This document shows, one piece after another, positions 51,846 through 60,983 of a stretch of DNA of 64,000 nucleotides. The translations under genes were made by a program, and so were the position numbers. Source of the stretch: Nitrosopumilaceae archaeon (GTDB taxonomy: Archaea > Thermoproteota > Nitrososphaeria > Nitrososphaerales > Nitrosopumilaceae); contig CBDCCK010000002.1 of the NCBI GenBank assembly GCA_965214835.1, positions 2,208,001 through 2,272,000 on the forward strand, written 5' to 3'. The notes under the pieces were generated by a model. It saw nothing but the letters and a program-made list of their open reading frames with translations. It did no database searches and was not told the DNA's origin. Position 1 is the first letter of the stretch. Every line of letters starts with the position of its first letter.

Positions 51846-52602
51846 AAGACGAAACTGTAAATGCTATCAACACTTTCATAATTTTAATTCTTGATTCTAG
51901 GGGCGCATCCATCATTTCGGAGAATTCATTCTCCCATTTTTTAAATGCTGGACTGCCTGCTAACTTGAGGTATGCAGAGCTAGGATCATCCATTACTGCA
52001 AGAATTGATTCATTTCTGCCCCTGTTGGAGTGATAGATTGCCATCGCCAAGCGATATATCAAAGTCCCTCCGTCCATCTTTCTCTCTCTGAGCACCTCTC
52101 TTGCAGCCGATACTATCGTCTGGTTTTTATCAACTTCCTCTAGGACCCCTATGGTGCTTAGTAGTTCTCGGGAATTTTTTAGTGCACTCTGTTGATTAAA
52201 TGCCGCATCGACTTTTTCATTTGTTAAGAAAAGACTCAGACTTTTCCTTGCATCGTTGATCCAAGATTCAAAGTCAACAAAAATACTCATCTTTGAGAGT
52301 ACTTTCATCGCAACGATCATGTCGTAGCTCCATTGGGTTAAACAACCATCAGAGTTGTTAAGAAAAAATACCAGATCGTCGTTTTGTCCCGTACTTTTTA
52401 TGAATTCATAAACATGTCTGTTCACTTTAATTTCAACTACACTGTCTTCCTGACTGTCATCTGGTATCATTTTGACATTCAAGAATGGAAATGTGGGAGT
52501 TGAGGTATTTTTTAAAAATAGATCATTGGCTGACTCGCTTGCCGACACTCCTGCCGCACCAAGCTGTAAAGAAAGCATTCCGGGAAGCTTTTCAACTGCC
52601 AT
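51808..52602 (-). CDS. Hypothetical protein, first gene of the AT-rich operon
   Basis: 264-aa ATG ORF, low GC. Confidence 0.65.
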   Translation of the reverse strand: MAVEKLPGMLSLQLGAAGVSASESANDLFLKNTSTPTFPFLNVKMIPDDSQEDSVVEIKVNRHVYEFIKSTGQNDDLVFFLNNSDGCLTQWSYDMIVAMKVLSKMSIFVDFESWINDARKSLSLFLTNEKVDAAFNQQSALKNSRELLSTIGVLEEVDKNQTIVSAAREVLRERKMDGGTLIYRLAMAIYHSNRGRNESILAVMDDPSSAYLKLAGSPAFKKWENEFSEMMDAPLESRIKIMKVLIAFTVSSYVYNKLQGDKNE

Positions 52603-52826
52603 TAATTATACTCCCTTCAGGGACTAATAAACATAGATTCTTAGGCGGGCAGTCTTCCCAAACGTAACCGACTCGTGGAGGTGCAGGAAGCGACATGCGG
52701 ATCTGCAGGCATCCTTATTTGAATTGTTTCGAGCCGGGGATAATTTGACGTGGTACTTCTGGGAAGACTGTTTCAGGCATGAAATCGTGCAGTTGTACTC
52801 CTCTACCGCCAGCGGATGTCCTCGAT

Positions 52827-52903
52827 GTATGGGGTCACCTGCCCCTGCCAATCAGGCATGGATTGGCATGTATGATTGTGATCTTCGTGCCTAGCCGGCA
52901 TAC
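52827..52903 (-). mobile_element. Internally deleted MITE family A copy
   Basis: gtatggggtcacc...tgattgtgatcttcgtgcctagc...catac. Confidence 0.7.
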
Positions 52904-52927
52904 TCCAAGTCAGAATGCCACGAGCCG

Positions 52928-53332
52928 TTAGTGTAGCGGTTCCCGAGCAGGAATTGGCCCTGGCACCTTTTGCATAGCTTGCCTAGCCAGCTCGCCGCGA
53001 GCAACAAGGGCAGGGTCCTGCCGGTACGGCTCTAGCGCCTTTTGCATAGCTTGCCTAGCCAGCTCGCCGTCTAGTGCCTTGAATTTTAGGATTAGCTCGC
53101 TTTCACTGTTTAGAGAATACAGCTGTGCCTTGCCGAACTTTCTTGTGGCCTTTAGAAACCCAAACTGCATGACTTCATCCCAGATCTTGTAGAGCGTAGT
53201 CTTTGAGATGCCCGTATACTCTATTATCTCCTTTTTAGAATAGTCACTGCCTGCGTTATCCAGAAAAAAGTCTATGATTCTGAGTTTTGGCGTGTCACCC
53301 ATGTACTGTAGGAGCAGCGATCTGTCTTGCAT
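52928..53332 (-). CDS. Winged-helix DNA-binding protein
   Basis: KLRIIDFFL...DYSKKEI...GISKTTLY...TRKFGKAQLYSLN. Confidence 0.85.
   Translation of the reverse strand: MQDRSLLLQYMGDTPKLRIIDFFLDNAGSDYSKKEIIEYTGISKTTLYKIWDEVMQFGFLKATRKFGKAQLYSLNSESELILKFKALDGELARQAMQKALEPYRQDPALVARGELARQAMQKVPGPIPAREPLH
52966..53069. repeat. Perfect 32-bp direct repeat (52966-52997, 53038-53069) with a 40-bp interval
   Basis: ccttttgcatagcttgcctagccagctcgccg occurs twice, period 72, in frame (GELARQAMQK twice). Confidence 0.95.
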
Positions 53333-53394
53333 GGAATTACTGGTACCTCAAGCGTATTTAAATATGAGCTACCAAAGGTACTATAAGCGTACAT

Positions 53395-53663
53395 ATGTTA
53401 TCAAACGAAGGGATCAAGTCTAGAATCATTCGCAAGCTCTACAGACACGGAAAGGGGGTGCAAGCCACATCTCGTTTGAAAATCTCAAAAAAGGATTCAC
53501 ACAAAGGGATGCGGGGAAACAGGGCTCAAAGAGGGTAGGCAAGATGGGCAAGGAGCTGATTAAAGAGGGTCTGATTCTCTCAAAACCAACCGGATATGGA
53601 CTAGAGGTGAGCCTGAACCCCAGGATGATTGATCAGATAAGGATGTATTTGGAGATTGAGTAA
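53395..53663 (+). pseudogene. Small winged-helix-like protein with a single frameshift near 53452 (absent from the ORF track)
   Basis: MLSNEGIKSRIIRKLYRHGK then, in a shifted frame, GASHISFENLKKGF...KELIKEGLILSKPTGYGLEVSLNPRM...IE*. Confidence 0.65.
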
Positions 53664-54125
53664 GGTCAGCAATTCCGATTGCGGCCTGAGAATACAGCAA
53701 AATGGTAGGTTTCTGTGATCACCCATACTGACGGGCAAAAAGTTCCTGAAGTATTTCATGATCAGATATTCCTACCGACAGTAGACAACCTTCGAGAATA
53801 GAAGACCTTATGTGTAATCGTCCGGATCGAAATATTATGTTTAAAAGCCGATCATGCACGCAATGCTAGCGCACGGCACCGTACGGCTCCGCATAATGTC
53901 CAGCATATTTGATCAAACCCCAAATATTTTCATACGGTTGATTTAGATCCGGGATTCATTATCGTAGTGGTATGTCAGAGTCATGGGCCAAGTTGATGCG
54001 ACGGCTGAAAGTGGAGATCAGGTAGTACAAGAAAAGATCAGAACGTGGCCGTGGGGTGATGTAGCAAGTGGAGGCATCCACACCAAGCAATGGATCGTGG
54101 TTTTGGCATATTTTGTGCCGTAATA

Positions 54126-54213
54126 GGATAGTCCCCGCCTAGGCAGCAGTCAGGCACGAATCTGCCTGCAGTTGTGATTTTCATGCCTGACCGGCAAGGG
54201 ATGTGACTACAAC
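54126..54213 (-). mobile_element. Degenerate MITE family A copy
   Basis: caggcacgaatc...gttgtgattttcatgcctg...aagggatgtgactac. Confidence 0.6.
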
Positions 54214-54319
54214 TCTAGGCAGGGGCCATCCTATTACGTGGCAAGGCTACTTCGGCTCTTGGGTCCAACGTGGATAATATGGCATCCGCTACAGACTAGA
54301 TTTGATATAACGTCTCTTA

Positions 54320-54425
54320 CCGGCGTTTGGCATGAAAATCATGTTCGTCAGCATGCAGTGGCAGTCATAGAGGTCGGCGAACCGGCCATCACCCGGCGCC
54401 TTGCATGAAAATCATGCTCGCCAGC
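54320..54425. repeat. 33-bp imperfect direct repeat (54320-54352, 54393-54425; 5 mismatches) with a 40-bp interval
   Basis: ccggcg....gcatgaaaatcatg.tcg.cagc occurs twice, period 73. Confidence 0.75.
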
Positions 54426-55203
54426 CACCGATTTTCCCCTACATCCGTTTTGGGCCGCCCTTCCTGATCACAGCTGCGGGCCCTGCACGGGCCATTCATG
54501 GGAGCCGTATGGCCCGATCCTAGGCGAGAATGTAGATCCCCCTGGTTGCTGCAGTGCCAAACGTGCTAGGACGTGGTGCCGTGCAAGAGCGGCGGCATCT
54601 GGAGCATTCCGCGAGTCGCCTTTGGACATGCCTTCAGATCACCCTGCGGGGGGCGTCCATGGCAGCCGGGGTTTTCGGGCTTTTCCCACACCAGAAACTC
54701 CAGGAACGGCAGACGTAAAAAATCCAGTGCTTGTCTAGTGCTGATTTTTCCTATCAATGTCAATGCCGCAGTCATCCTTTAGGTAATTTTTGTACTTTGC
54801 CCCCTAGGCCTAGTCGTACTCGAATATGGACTCATCCCAGATTACCGTCACAAAACCCTCCCCTTTCAGGCATGAAATCGTGCAGTTTGTGCTCCCGCCG
54901 CGGTACGCGCGAGCGCTCCTAAAAAAGTCAACCCCTTTCAGCAGTCTTCCCAGATGTAACCCGACTCGCGGCGGTGCAGGCGACGACGTGTGGATCTGCA
55001 GGCGGCCAGATTTGAGCTGTTTTGAATTTGGAGTCGTTTTGAATGGAGATTCTGGAAAGACTGCACTTTTGGGAAGGCTAAAATGCAGCACGCCCTATCG
55101 GCAGGGTTCATGGCAGGATCGGGTGCGATTTCACACTGGGGCGCATTTCCCACTACTGCCAAACGTCTAACACATTTAATCCCCCAATGCATGAGTAAGG
55201 AAA

Positions 55204-56487
55204 ATGGTTTTTGGATGGGGAAGGAAAAGGGAGAAAAAGGAGGGGGTTCCGGCATCTGCGCCTAGGGAGATCTCGCTCCCCGAGGTTCCACGTATACTTG
55301 ATGATCTCATGCAGCGGGAATCAGGCCGCCTTCTTGAGCAGGCCAGAAAGCTGCGGTTTCCCATAACCCGGCATATAGAATCACTGCTAAAAATCGCAAT
55401 CGAGCTTGAAAAGGACAGGATAAACACCAATGACATTGACACCAACATCGTGACCATAGTAAGGCGCGGCAAAAAGCAGGTTCTAGACGCCATACACAAG
55501 GAATCCGAGCGGGAATTTCCGGAGCTGGACTCAGTTGATGATGTCAAGGCATTCAACCGGATGGCCTCGCAGACGCTGGCAAAAATAGGGGACGTCTTGG
55601 GAAAGCAGACCCGCGTCATCCACATATTTGCCAAAAAATATGCCGGAAGGCTAAAGGAGATCTTGGAAAAATTCACCCAAGACCTTGATCACCTGAACCG
55701 GCTCCTGAAGCGATTTGCCGAGTTTGAGGAAGGCCAGTCAAAAGTATCCGAGCTGCTCTCAAAACTTGACTCTGAGCAGTCGGCAATGGCAGACATCTCT
55801 GAAAAAATCCTCGGCCTCGAAGGAACCGTCTCGGAGAACGCAAAAAGCATAGAATACCTGGAGGCCAAAATCACCAAGTTCAAGTCTTCCACAAAATATG
55901 AAAAATACCGGGCCATTTGCAGGCAGATGTCTGACCTAGAGTCAAAAAGGTCCCAGATTGAAAGCCAGATCAACAACCAAACCATCCTGATTTCGAGGCC
56001 CCTCTCAAAGTACGAGTATGGCTCCTCCCTGGACAAGGAAAACAAGGCAATCATTGAAAAGCTCCTCTCGTCCCCCTTTGAGGCATTCCTGCCGCAAAAC
56101 AAGGACGGCATCATGACAATACTGGAAAACATCAAAAAGGCAATCACCCTGGATCACCTCTCAGTCAAGGAACCAGAAAAGACGCTCGGATACATCGATG
56201 ACATCATCTCAAAGGTTGATGGATTCATCCGGACCGTAGACTCGTTTCTCTCCGAACAGGGCAAGCTGCGCGACGAGCTGCAGGGCTTGGACTTGGACGT
56301 ACTTGAGGGGTATCAAAAGCGGCACTCCAAGCTCAAAGAAGACAACAGCTTTTCGCAGTCCAGAATAAGGGATCTTCGATCTGAAATCGACACCCTAAAG
56401 TCAAACCGGCCCATGCTTGTCGGGGAAATCACATCCGTGATGAGCAGGCTCGGCAGCACAAAATACACAGTCGGCGAGCGGTCATGA
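55204..56487 (+). CDS. Coiled-coil protein
   Basis: 427 aa, long heptad-rich helices, no ATPase motifs. Confidence 0.75.
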   Translation: MVFGWGRKREKKEGVPASAPREISLPEVPRILDDLMQRESGRLLEQARKLRFPITRHIESLLKIAIELEKDRINTNDIDTNIVTIVRRGKKQVLDAIHKESEREFPELDSVDDVKAFNRMASQTLAKIGDVLGKQTRVIHIFAKKYAGRLKEILEKFTQDLDHLNRLLKRFAEFEEGQSKVSELLSKLDSEQSAMADISEKILGLEGTVSENAKSIEYLEAKITKFKSSTKYEKYRAICRQMSDLESKRSQIESQINNQTILISRPLSKYEYGSSLDKENKAIIEKLLSSPFEAFLPQNKDGIMTILENIKKAITLDHLSVKEPEKTLGYIDDIISKVDGFIRTVDSFLSEQGKLRDELQGLDLDVLEGYQKRHSKLKEDNSFSQSRIRDLRSEIDTLKSNRPMLVGEITSVMSRLGSTKYTVGERS

Positions 56488-56891
56488 TCTTCAAGTCAAA
56501 GCCCTTTGAGCGCAAGGTGACGCTTTCCACAAAATCCCGGGACGGCATTCTCTCGTTTTGCAAAATGAACCACCCAAACGAGGCCATACTGATTTTAAAG
56601 GGCAAGTCCAAGAACGGCAACATGCTTGTAGATGATCTGGTCATACCGCCGTTTGCCGAGACCGGAACCACCTGGGCCGGGTTCCCGCATTCGTTTCTGC
56701 CCTTGGATACGTCGTACATGGGGGTGATGCATTCGCACCCGACAGGCTCTGCAGAGCCATCCCTGGAGGATCTGCAGAACTTTTACGGCCTGGTGTCTGT
56801 GATCGTAAAGTCCCCCTATGAGGACGAGGACATCTTTGCATGGGACAGGAGCGGCAACGAGATTCCGGTGGTGCTGCCTGAGGAAAAATAA
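56484..56891 (+). CDS. JAMM/MPN+ (Mov34) metalloprotease
   Basis: PNE...HSHPTGSAEPSLED motif. Confidence 0.92.
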   Translation: MIFKSKPFERKVTLSTKSRDGILSFCKMNHPNEAILILKGKSKNGNMLVDDLVIPPFAETGTTWAGFPHSFLPLDTSYMGVMHSHPTGSAEPSLEDLQNFYGLVSVIVKSPYEDEDIFAWDRSGNEIPVVLPEEK

Positions 56892-56953
56892 CTCCTGCCG
56901 GAGCCTGGGGAGTTTTTTCAGAAAACTTCCAAAAACCTTATAAGGTTTTTTAA

Positions 56954-57295
56954 ATGATTTACCGTATATTGATTAACTACAAGGGCTATCTGATCTTCCT
57001 GTTTGCATCGCTGGCAGTAAGCATTGGACTGCAAATGATCCTTCCATTCCCCTACGGGCTGGGGGCGGCCCTTGCAATCTTTATCATGTTCCCGCTGTTT
57101 CTCCGGCGCCGATACATGAGCCGCATGCGCGGCGGTTATGGGGGCTCTGACTCTGGGGCCGGCGGCGGGCTGTTTGGCATGGGCCAGGGCATGAACCGAA
57201 GCTCGGTGCGCTATGTGTGCCTAGTCTGCAACCACAAGTACAAGGGCGGCTCGTGTCCTAGGTGCGGCTCCAAGATGAAGCGCGCCGACTTTTAA
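56954..57295 (+). CDS. Membrane protein with a C-terminal zinc ribbon
   Basis: Two TM helices; CLVC...CPRCGS. Confidence 0.75.
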   Translation: MIYRILINYKGYLIFLFASLAVSIGLQMILPFPYGLGAALAIFIMFPLFLRRRYMSRMRGGYGGSDSGAGGGLFGMGQGMNRSSVRYVCLVCNHKYKGGSCPRCGSKMKRADF

Positions 57296-57297
57296 AA

Positions 57298-57612
57298 ATG
57301 TCCCTAGAATCCCTGCGGCAAAAGGTGGTCTTTCAGAACAGCATCGACGTGTGGATAGCTGCCGCAACCGACAAGGGGATCAAGTGGAACGATCCCGAGG
57401 GCTACAAAAGGTTCATCTCGTATCTGCTGGCAAACAAGCTCAACCTCAAGGCCTTTACACTGTGTGCCCACGAGGCCGGTGCAGTAGAGCAGGAAAAGAC
57501 CGACTTTGTCGAGGTCCTGGCACAAGCCAGGGACGGGGATCCAAACGCGGCCACGTATACCGTCCGCCTGACAGACTCGGCCATGGAGATAATCCGGGGC
57601 TTTTCACAGTAG
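57298..57612 (+). CDS. Conserved hypothetical protein
   Basis: ATG 2 bp after the previous stop; 104 aa. Confidence 0.7.
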   Translation: MSLESLRQKVVFQNSIDVWIAAATDKGIKWNDPEGYKRFISYLLANKLNLKAFTLCAHEAGAVEQEKTDFVEVLAQARDGDPNAATYTVRLTDSAMEIIRGFSQ

Positions 57613-57613
57613 G

Positions 57614-58975
57614 CTATCTCCTCAGCCTCGGGTTTGCTATGGCATCAAGCGCGTTTCCTATAAAGACAAAGGCAAGGCCGGTAATTGCAATCATTATTCC
57701 CGGCGGCATTATCCACCACCACAGTCCCCTAGCGGCTGCACCGTAGGTGCTTGCATCGTGCAGTATCTGCCCCCACGTTGGAAACGACGGATCCCCCAGC
57801 CCCAGGTAGCTCAGCCCCGCCTCGGTGGTGACGGCTGCCGGAACCGAGATTGCTATGCTTGCAAACGCATATGGCAGCAGCTGCGGCAGGATGTGCTTGA
57901 AGATAATCCTGGAGTTTTTCTGCCCCATCATCCTTGCGGCATCGACGTACCCGCGGGTCTTGATCTGCAGTGCCATGCTCCTTGACACCTTGGCGATTCC
58001 CACCCATCCAAAGATCATCAAAAACCCGATCATGACAAAGATGCTGTTGCTGATGGTAACTGCCAGGATGATCAAAAACGGCAGCGCAGGCAGCGCGTAG
58101 ATGACGTCGTTGAGCCTCATCATCGCCTCGTCGGTGGCCTTTCCCCTGAATCCCGCATACACCCCGTAAACCAGTCCCGTGACGACCGAGCCCACAGACA
58201 CTGCCAGTCCGATGAACAGTGCCAGCGGCGTTCCCCAGAGCAGCCCTATTGCCAGGTCACGCCTGAGCTCGTCCGTGCCGATCACCCCAAACGCCTTTCC
58301 CCCCAGAATGAACCTGGACTCTTTTATGTCCAGGTCATCTTGGCCAAGCAGGCTGACTGTGAATACATAGTCCCCCTTGAGCGGCTGCGGCCTGTCGGTG
58401 TGGGAGAATACCACCTCCTCTGCCGGAAGCCCGGATATGTCAAACCCATATGCTCCGGATCCCAGCATCAGGTTTTTTCTGAGCAGGACATCCGTTGAGA
58501 ACACCTGCTCTCTGTGGGCCGTACTTGACTGCACGTGGGGCAGCGACGTCCTGAGCAGTTCCAGACTGATCCCGTCGGGCCGCGTAGCTGTGACCACGAC
58601 TAGCGGACTTGATGCGTACTCTAGCTCCAGGTTATAGATAAAGTCGCTGGGAAACCGGTCATACTCAAAGCTTACCGGATGCCGTATCGTCCTTACGTGT
58701 AGCGAGCCTACCTGCTGCTCGGCATAGTGATAGTCCTCGATGATTTGGTGCTCGGGTATTTTTTCACTCAGGAATATGTTTGTCCATGACGGCAGCGCCG
58801 CTTTTGGGTATGATATCCACCTTGCAGGATTGTTCCACTGCTCAAGCGTCTCTGCGGGGATCGCCACCAGCGTTGCAAGCGAGACTGCGACTAGGATCCC
58901 AAGAATGCTGACTCCCGCGATTCCGATCCTGCTGCGTGCAAACTCCCTCCTTATCTCCCGGGGCGTAACGCTCAA
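57614..58975 (-). CDS. Peptide/nickel ABC transporter permease (OppC/DppC type)
   Basis: GTDELRRD, YVDAARMMG, EAGLSYLGLG, TWGQIL. Confidence 0.93.
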   Translation of the reverse strand: MSVTPREIRREFARSRIGIAGVSILGILVAVSLATLVAIPAETLEQWNNPARWISYPKAALPSWTNIFLSEKIPEHQIIEDYHYAEQQVGSLHVRTIRHPVSFEYDRFPSDFIYNLELEYASSPLVVVTATRPDGISLELLRTSLPHVQSSTAHREQVFSTDVLLRKNLMLGSGAYGFDISGLPAEEVVFSHTDRPQPLKGDYVFTVSLLGQDDLDIKESRFILGGKAFGVIGTDELRRDLAIGLLWGTPLALFIGLAVSVGSVVTGLVYGVYAGFRGKATDEAMMRLNDVIYALPALPFLIILAVTISNSIFVMIGFLMIFGWVGIAKVSRSMALQIKTRGYVDAARMMGQKNSRIIFKHILPQLLPYAFASIAISVPAAVTTEAGLSYLGLGDPSFPTWGQILHDASTYGAAARGLWWWIMPPGIMIAITGLAFVFIGNALDAIANPRLRR

Positions 58976-60027
58976 CCTGCCGTCCTCACCCGCGGATCAA
59001 GGTATCCGTACAAAATATCTGCAATGAATATGCTTGCCAGGAAAAACACCGTAAGGACGTATGTGGCGCCGACTATGACGGGCAGGTCCATTACCGAGAT
59101 TGCCTCAAAGTACAGCCGTCCCATGCCTGGCCAGTCAAAGACTGCCTCGGTGATTATGGCCCCGCCAAGCGATCCAGAAAGGCTCAGTGCCAGTATGGTG
59201 ACTATTGGCGGTGCTGCGTTTTTTAGCGCATGGGAGTAGATGATTCTTTTTCTGCCAACACCGATTGCCTTCTTTGCGGCAATAAAGTCCTCCTGGATGA
59301 TCCCCACCATGAAGTTTCTCACAAGATATGCCCACGCCCCAAAGCCGATCATCACGATTGTGATCAGCGGCAGCGCCATGTGGTACAGCAGTGCCGCAAG
59401 ATAACCCGGATCGTCTGCAGGTATGGTGGGCGTGGCCCTTGCCGGAAATATCTGGTACGTAAACGCAAACAGGAATATCATCAGCAGCCCGATCCACCAC
59501 ACCGGAAAGCTCGAGCTGATTATTGCAAAGGTCGACGTGAACCTGTCGATTGCCGAGCCTACCTTGCTTCCGGACATCGCGCCTATGAAGATGCCCATGA
59601 CGGAGATGATCACCGTTGCAGTGGTGAACAGCAGGACCGTTCTTGGCAGCTTTTCGTACAAGATATCCTTTACGTCCGATGAGCCCGAACTGCTTGTCAA
59701 AAACGTGGCGTGCCCAAAGTCCAGGATCAAAATCTTGTACATGGTCAGCCCAACCCTCTGCGGAGAGTGCCACGGCTCGTCTAGCCCCAGCGACCTCACC
59801 CTGTGATCTATCTGCCCCCGGACATAAGCCTCAAACTCCTCCGGACTGGCAAAGCTTTCGGCAATCGCCGGATTCTCGGCTATCTCGGCCCTGACCTGGA
59901 CTGTCACCCCCTGCTTTAGTATCGTATCCATGTTGGAGCCGACTAGAAGTATCGTAATTAGCAGCGTGACTAGGAGGACCCCGAACATCGTTGCCATCCT
60001 CGTCAGAATGAATCTCTTGTATCCCAC
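58972..60027 (-). CDS. Peptide/nickel ABC transporter permease (OppB/DppB type)
   Basis: HALKNA, GAIITEAVFDWPGMG, LDPRVR. Confidence 0.93.
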   Translation of the reverse strand: MGYKRFILTRMATMFGVLLVTLLITILLVGSNMDTILKQGVTVQVRAEIAENPAIAESFASPEEFEAYVRGQIDHRVRSLGLDEPWHSPQRVGLTMYKILILDFGHATFLTSSSGSSDVKDILYEKLPRTVLLFTTATVIISVMGIFIGAMSGSKVGSAIDRFTSTFAIISSSFPVWWIGLLMIFLFAFTYQIFPARATPTIPADDPGYLAALLYHMALPLITIVMIGFGAWAYLVRNFMVGIIQEDFIAAKKAIGVGRKRIIYSHALKNAAPPIVTILALSLSGSLGGAIITEAVFDWPGMGRLYFEAISVMDLPVIVGATYVLTVFFLASIFIADILYGYLDPRVRTAG

Positions 60028-60128
60028 AAGTTACAATAGTATGTGCGGATATAATATTTGCAGGGGCCCGGTGCTGACAGGCAGCCCAAACTTTAAAGAA
60101 AAATAGGGCCTGATCTGTAGGGCAGTAC

Positions 60129-60371
60129 ATGAGCGTAAGCACCATCCGCAAGGCCAGGAGGCTTGCTGAGGGAGGCAGGATAGCCAGGATTGGCGACGGC
60201 CTGTACCAGGCAAGGTCATCCAGCGATCCCGGAAAATCATACATGGTCACAGATGACTCCTGCGACTGCCCCGGCTTCAAAAACTTTTACAAGCTTCACC
60301 ACGGAAAGGGCCTAAAGGCCAACTGTTCCCACCTGGAGGCAGTCCGGATATTTGAGGGAAAGAGCTCATGA
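60129..60371 (+). CDS. SWIM zinc-finger protein
   Basis: CDCPGF...CSH. Confidence 0.75.
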   Translation: MSVSTIRKARRLAEGGRIARIGDGLYQARSSSDPGKSYMVTDDSCDCPGFKNFYKLHHGKGLKANCSHLEAVRIFEGKSS

Positions 60372-60698
60372 CTCCCCAACGTTTGCCACGCCTATTGTGA
60401 CCCTGTTTTTTGTGACTATGATCGGTCTTTTGATCAGGCCCGGATGCCTTACCATCAGCCTGATTAGCTGGGAATCTGTCATCCTTGAGCCTTCCAGGTT
60501 CAGCTCCCTGTACATCCTGTCCTTTTTTCTCAGCATCTCCTTGGGCGTCAGCCCTGCTCTTGATATTATTTTTTCTAGCTCGTCCTCTGAGAACGGCTCT
60601 TTGAAAAAGTCCCTCGTCTCTAGGTCTGCCCCGGCACAGGCTGCCTGTGAGATTGCTCTCTTGCAGGTAATACACGCGCCCTTGTGGAATATTTTCAA
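60366..60698 (-). CDS. ArsC/Spx-family thioredoxin-fold protein
   Basis: CITC...LIKRPI. Confidence 0.85.
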   Translation of the reverse strand: MKIFHKGACITCKRAISQAACAGADLETRDFFKEPFSEDELEKIISRAGLTPKEMLRKKDRMYRELNLEGSRMTDSQLIRLMVRHPGLIKRPIIVTKNRVTIGVANVGES

Positions 60699-60983
60699 GC
60701 GTACGTCCTGCCGTCCTTTGGGTTTTAATTGTTGTGCATGATATAGTCATCCCGGACGTGGCCAGATCATTGACGGCGCACGGATCTGCAGAAAACCTGG
60801 CTTGAGCCGCTTTGAGCTTGGAGCCGCTTTACGGGGATCTGGAAAGACTGTGATGCGCCGGCCTGTCAGCTGTACGCATGAAAAAACGTGGCTGCATGCA
60901 AGACCCTGCCTTGAGAAGATGTTTTGCATTGCGTCGGGAAGGCGGCTTTGGCCAGGCGCTATTTTTGGATCCGAGCCCGCTCC

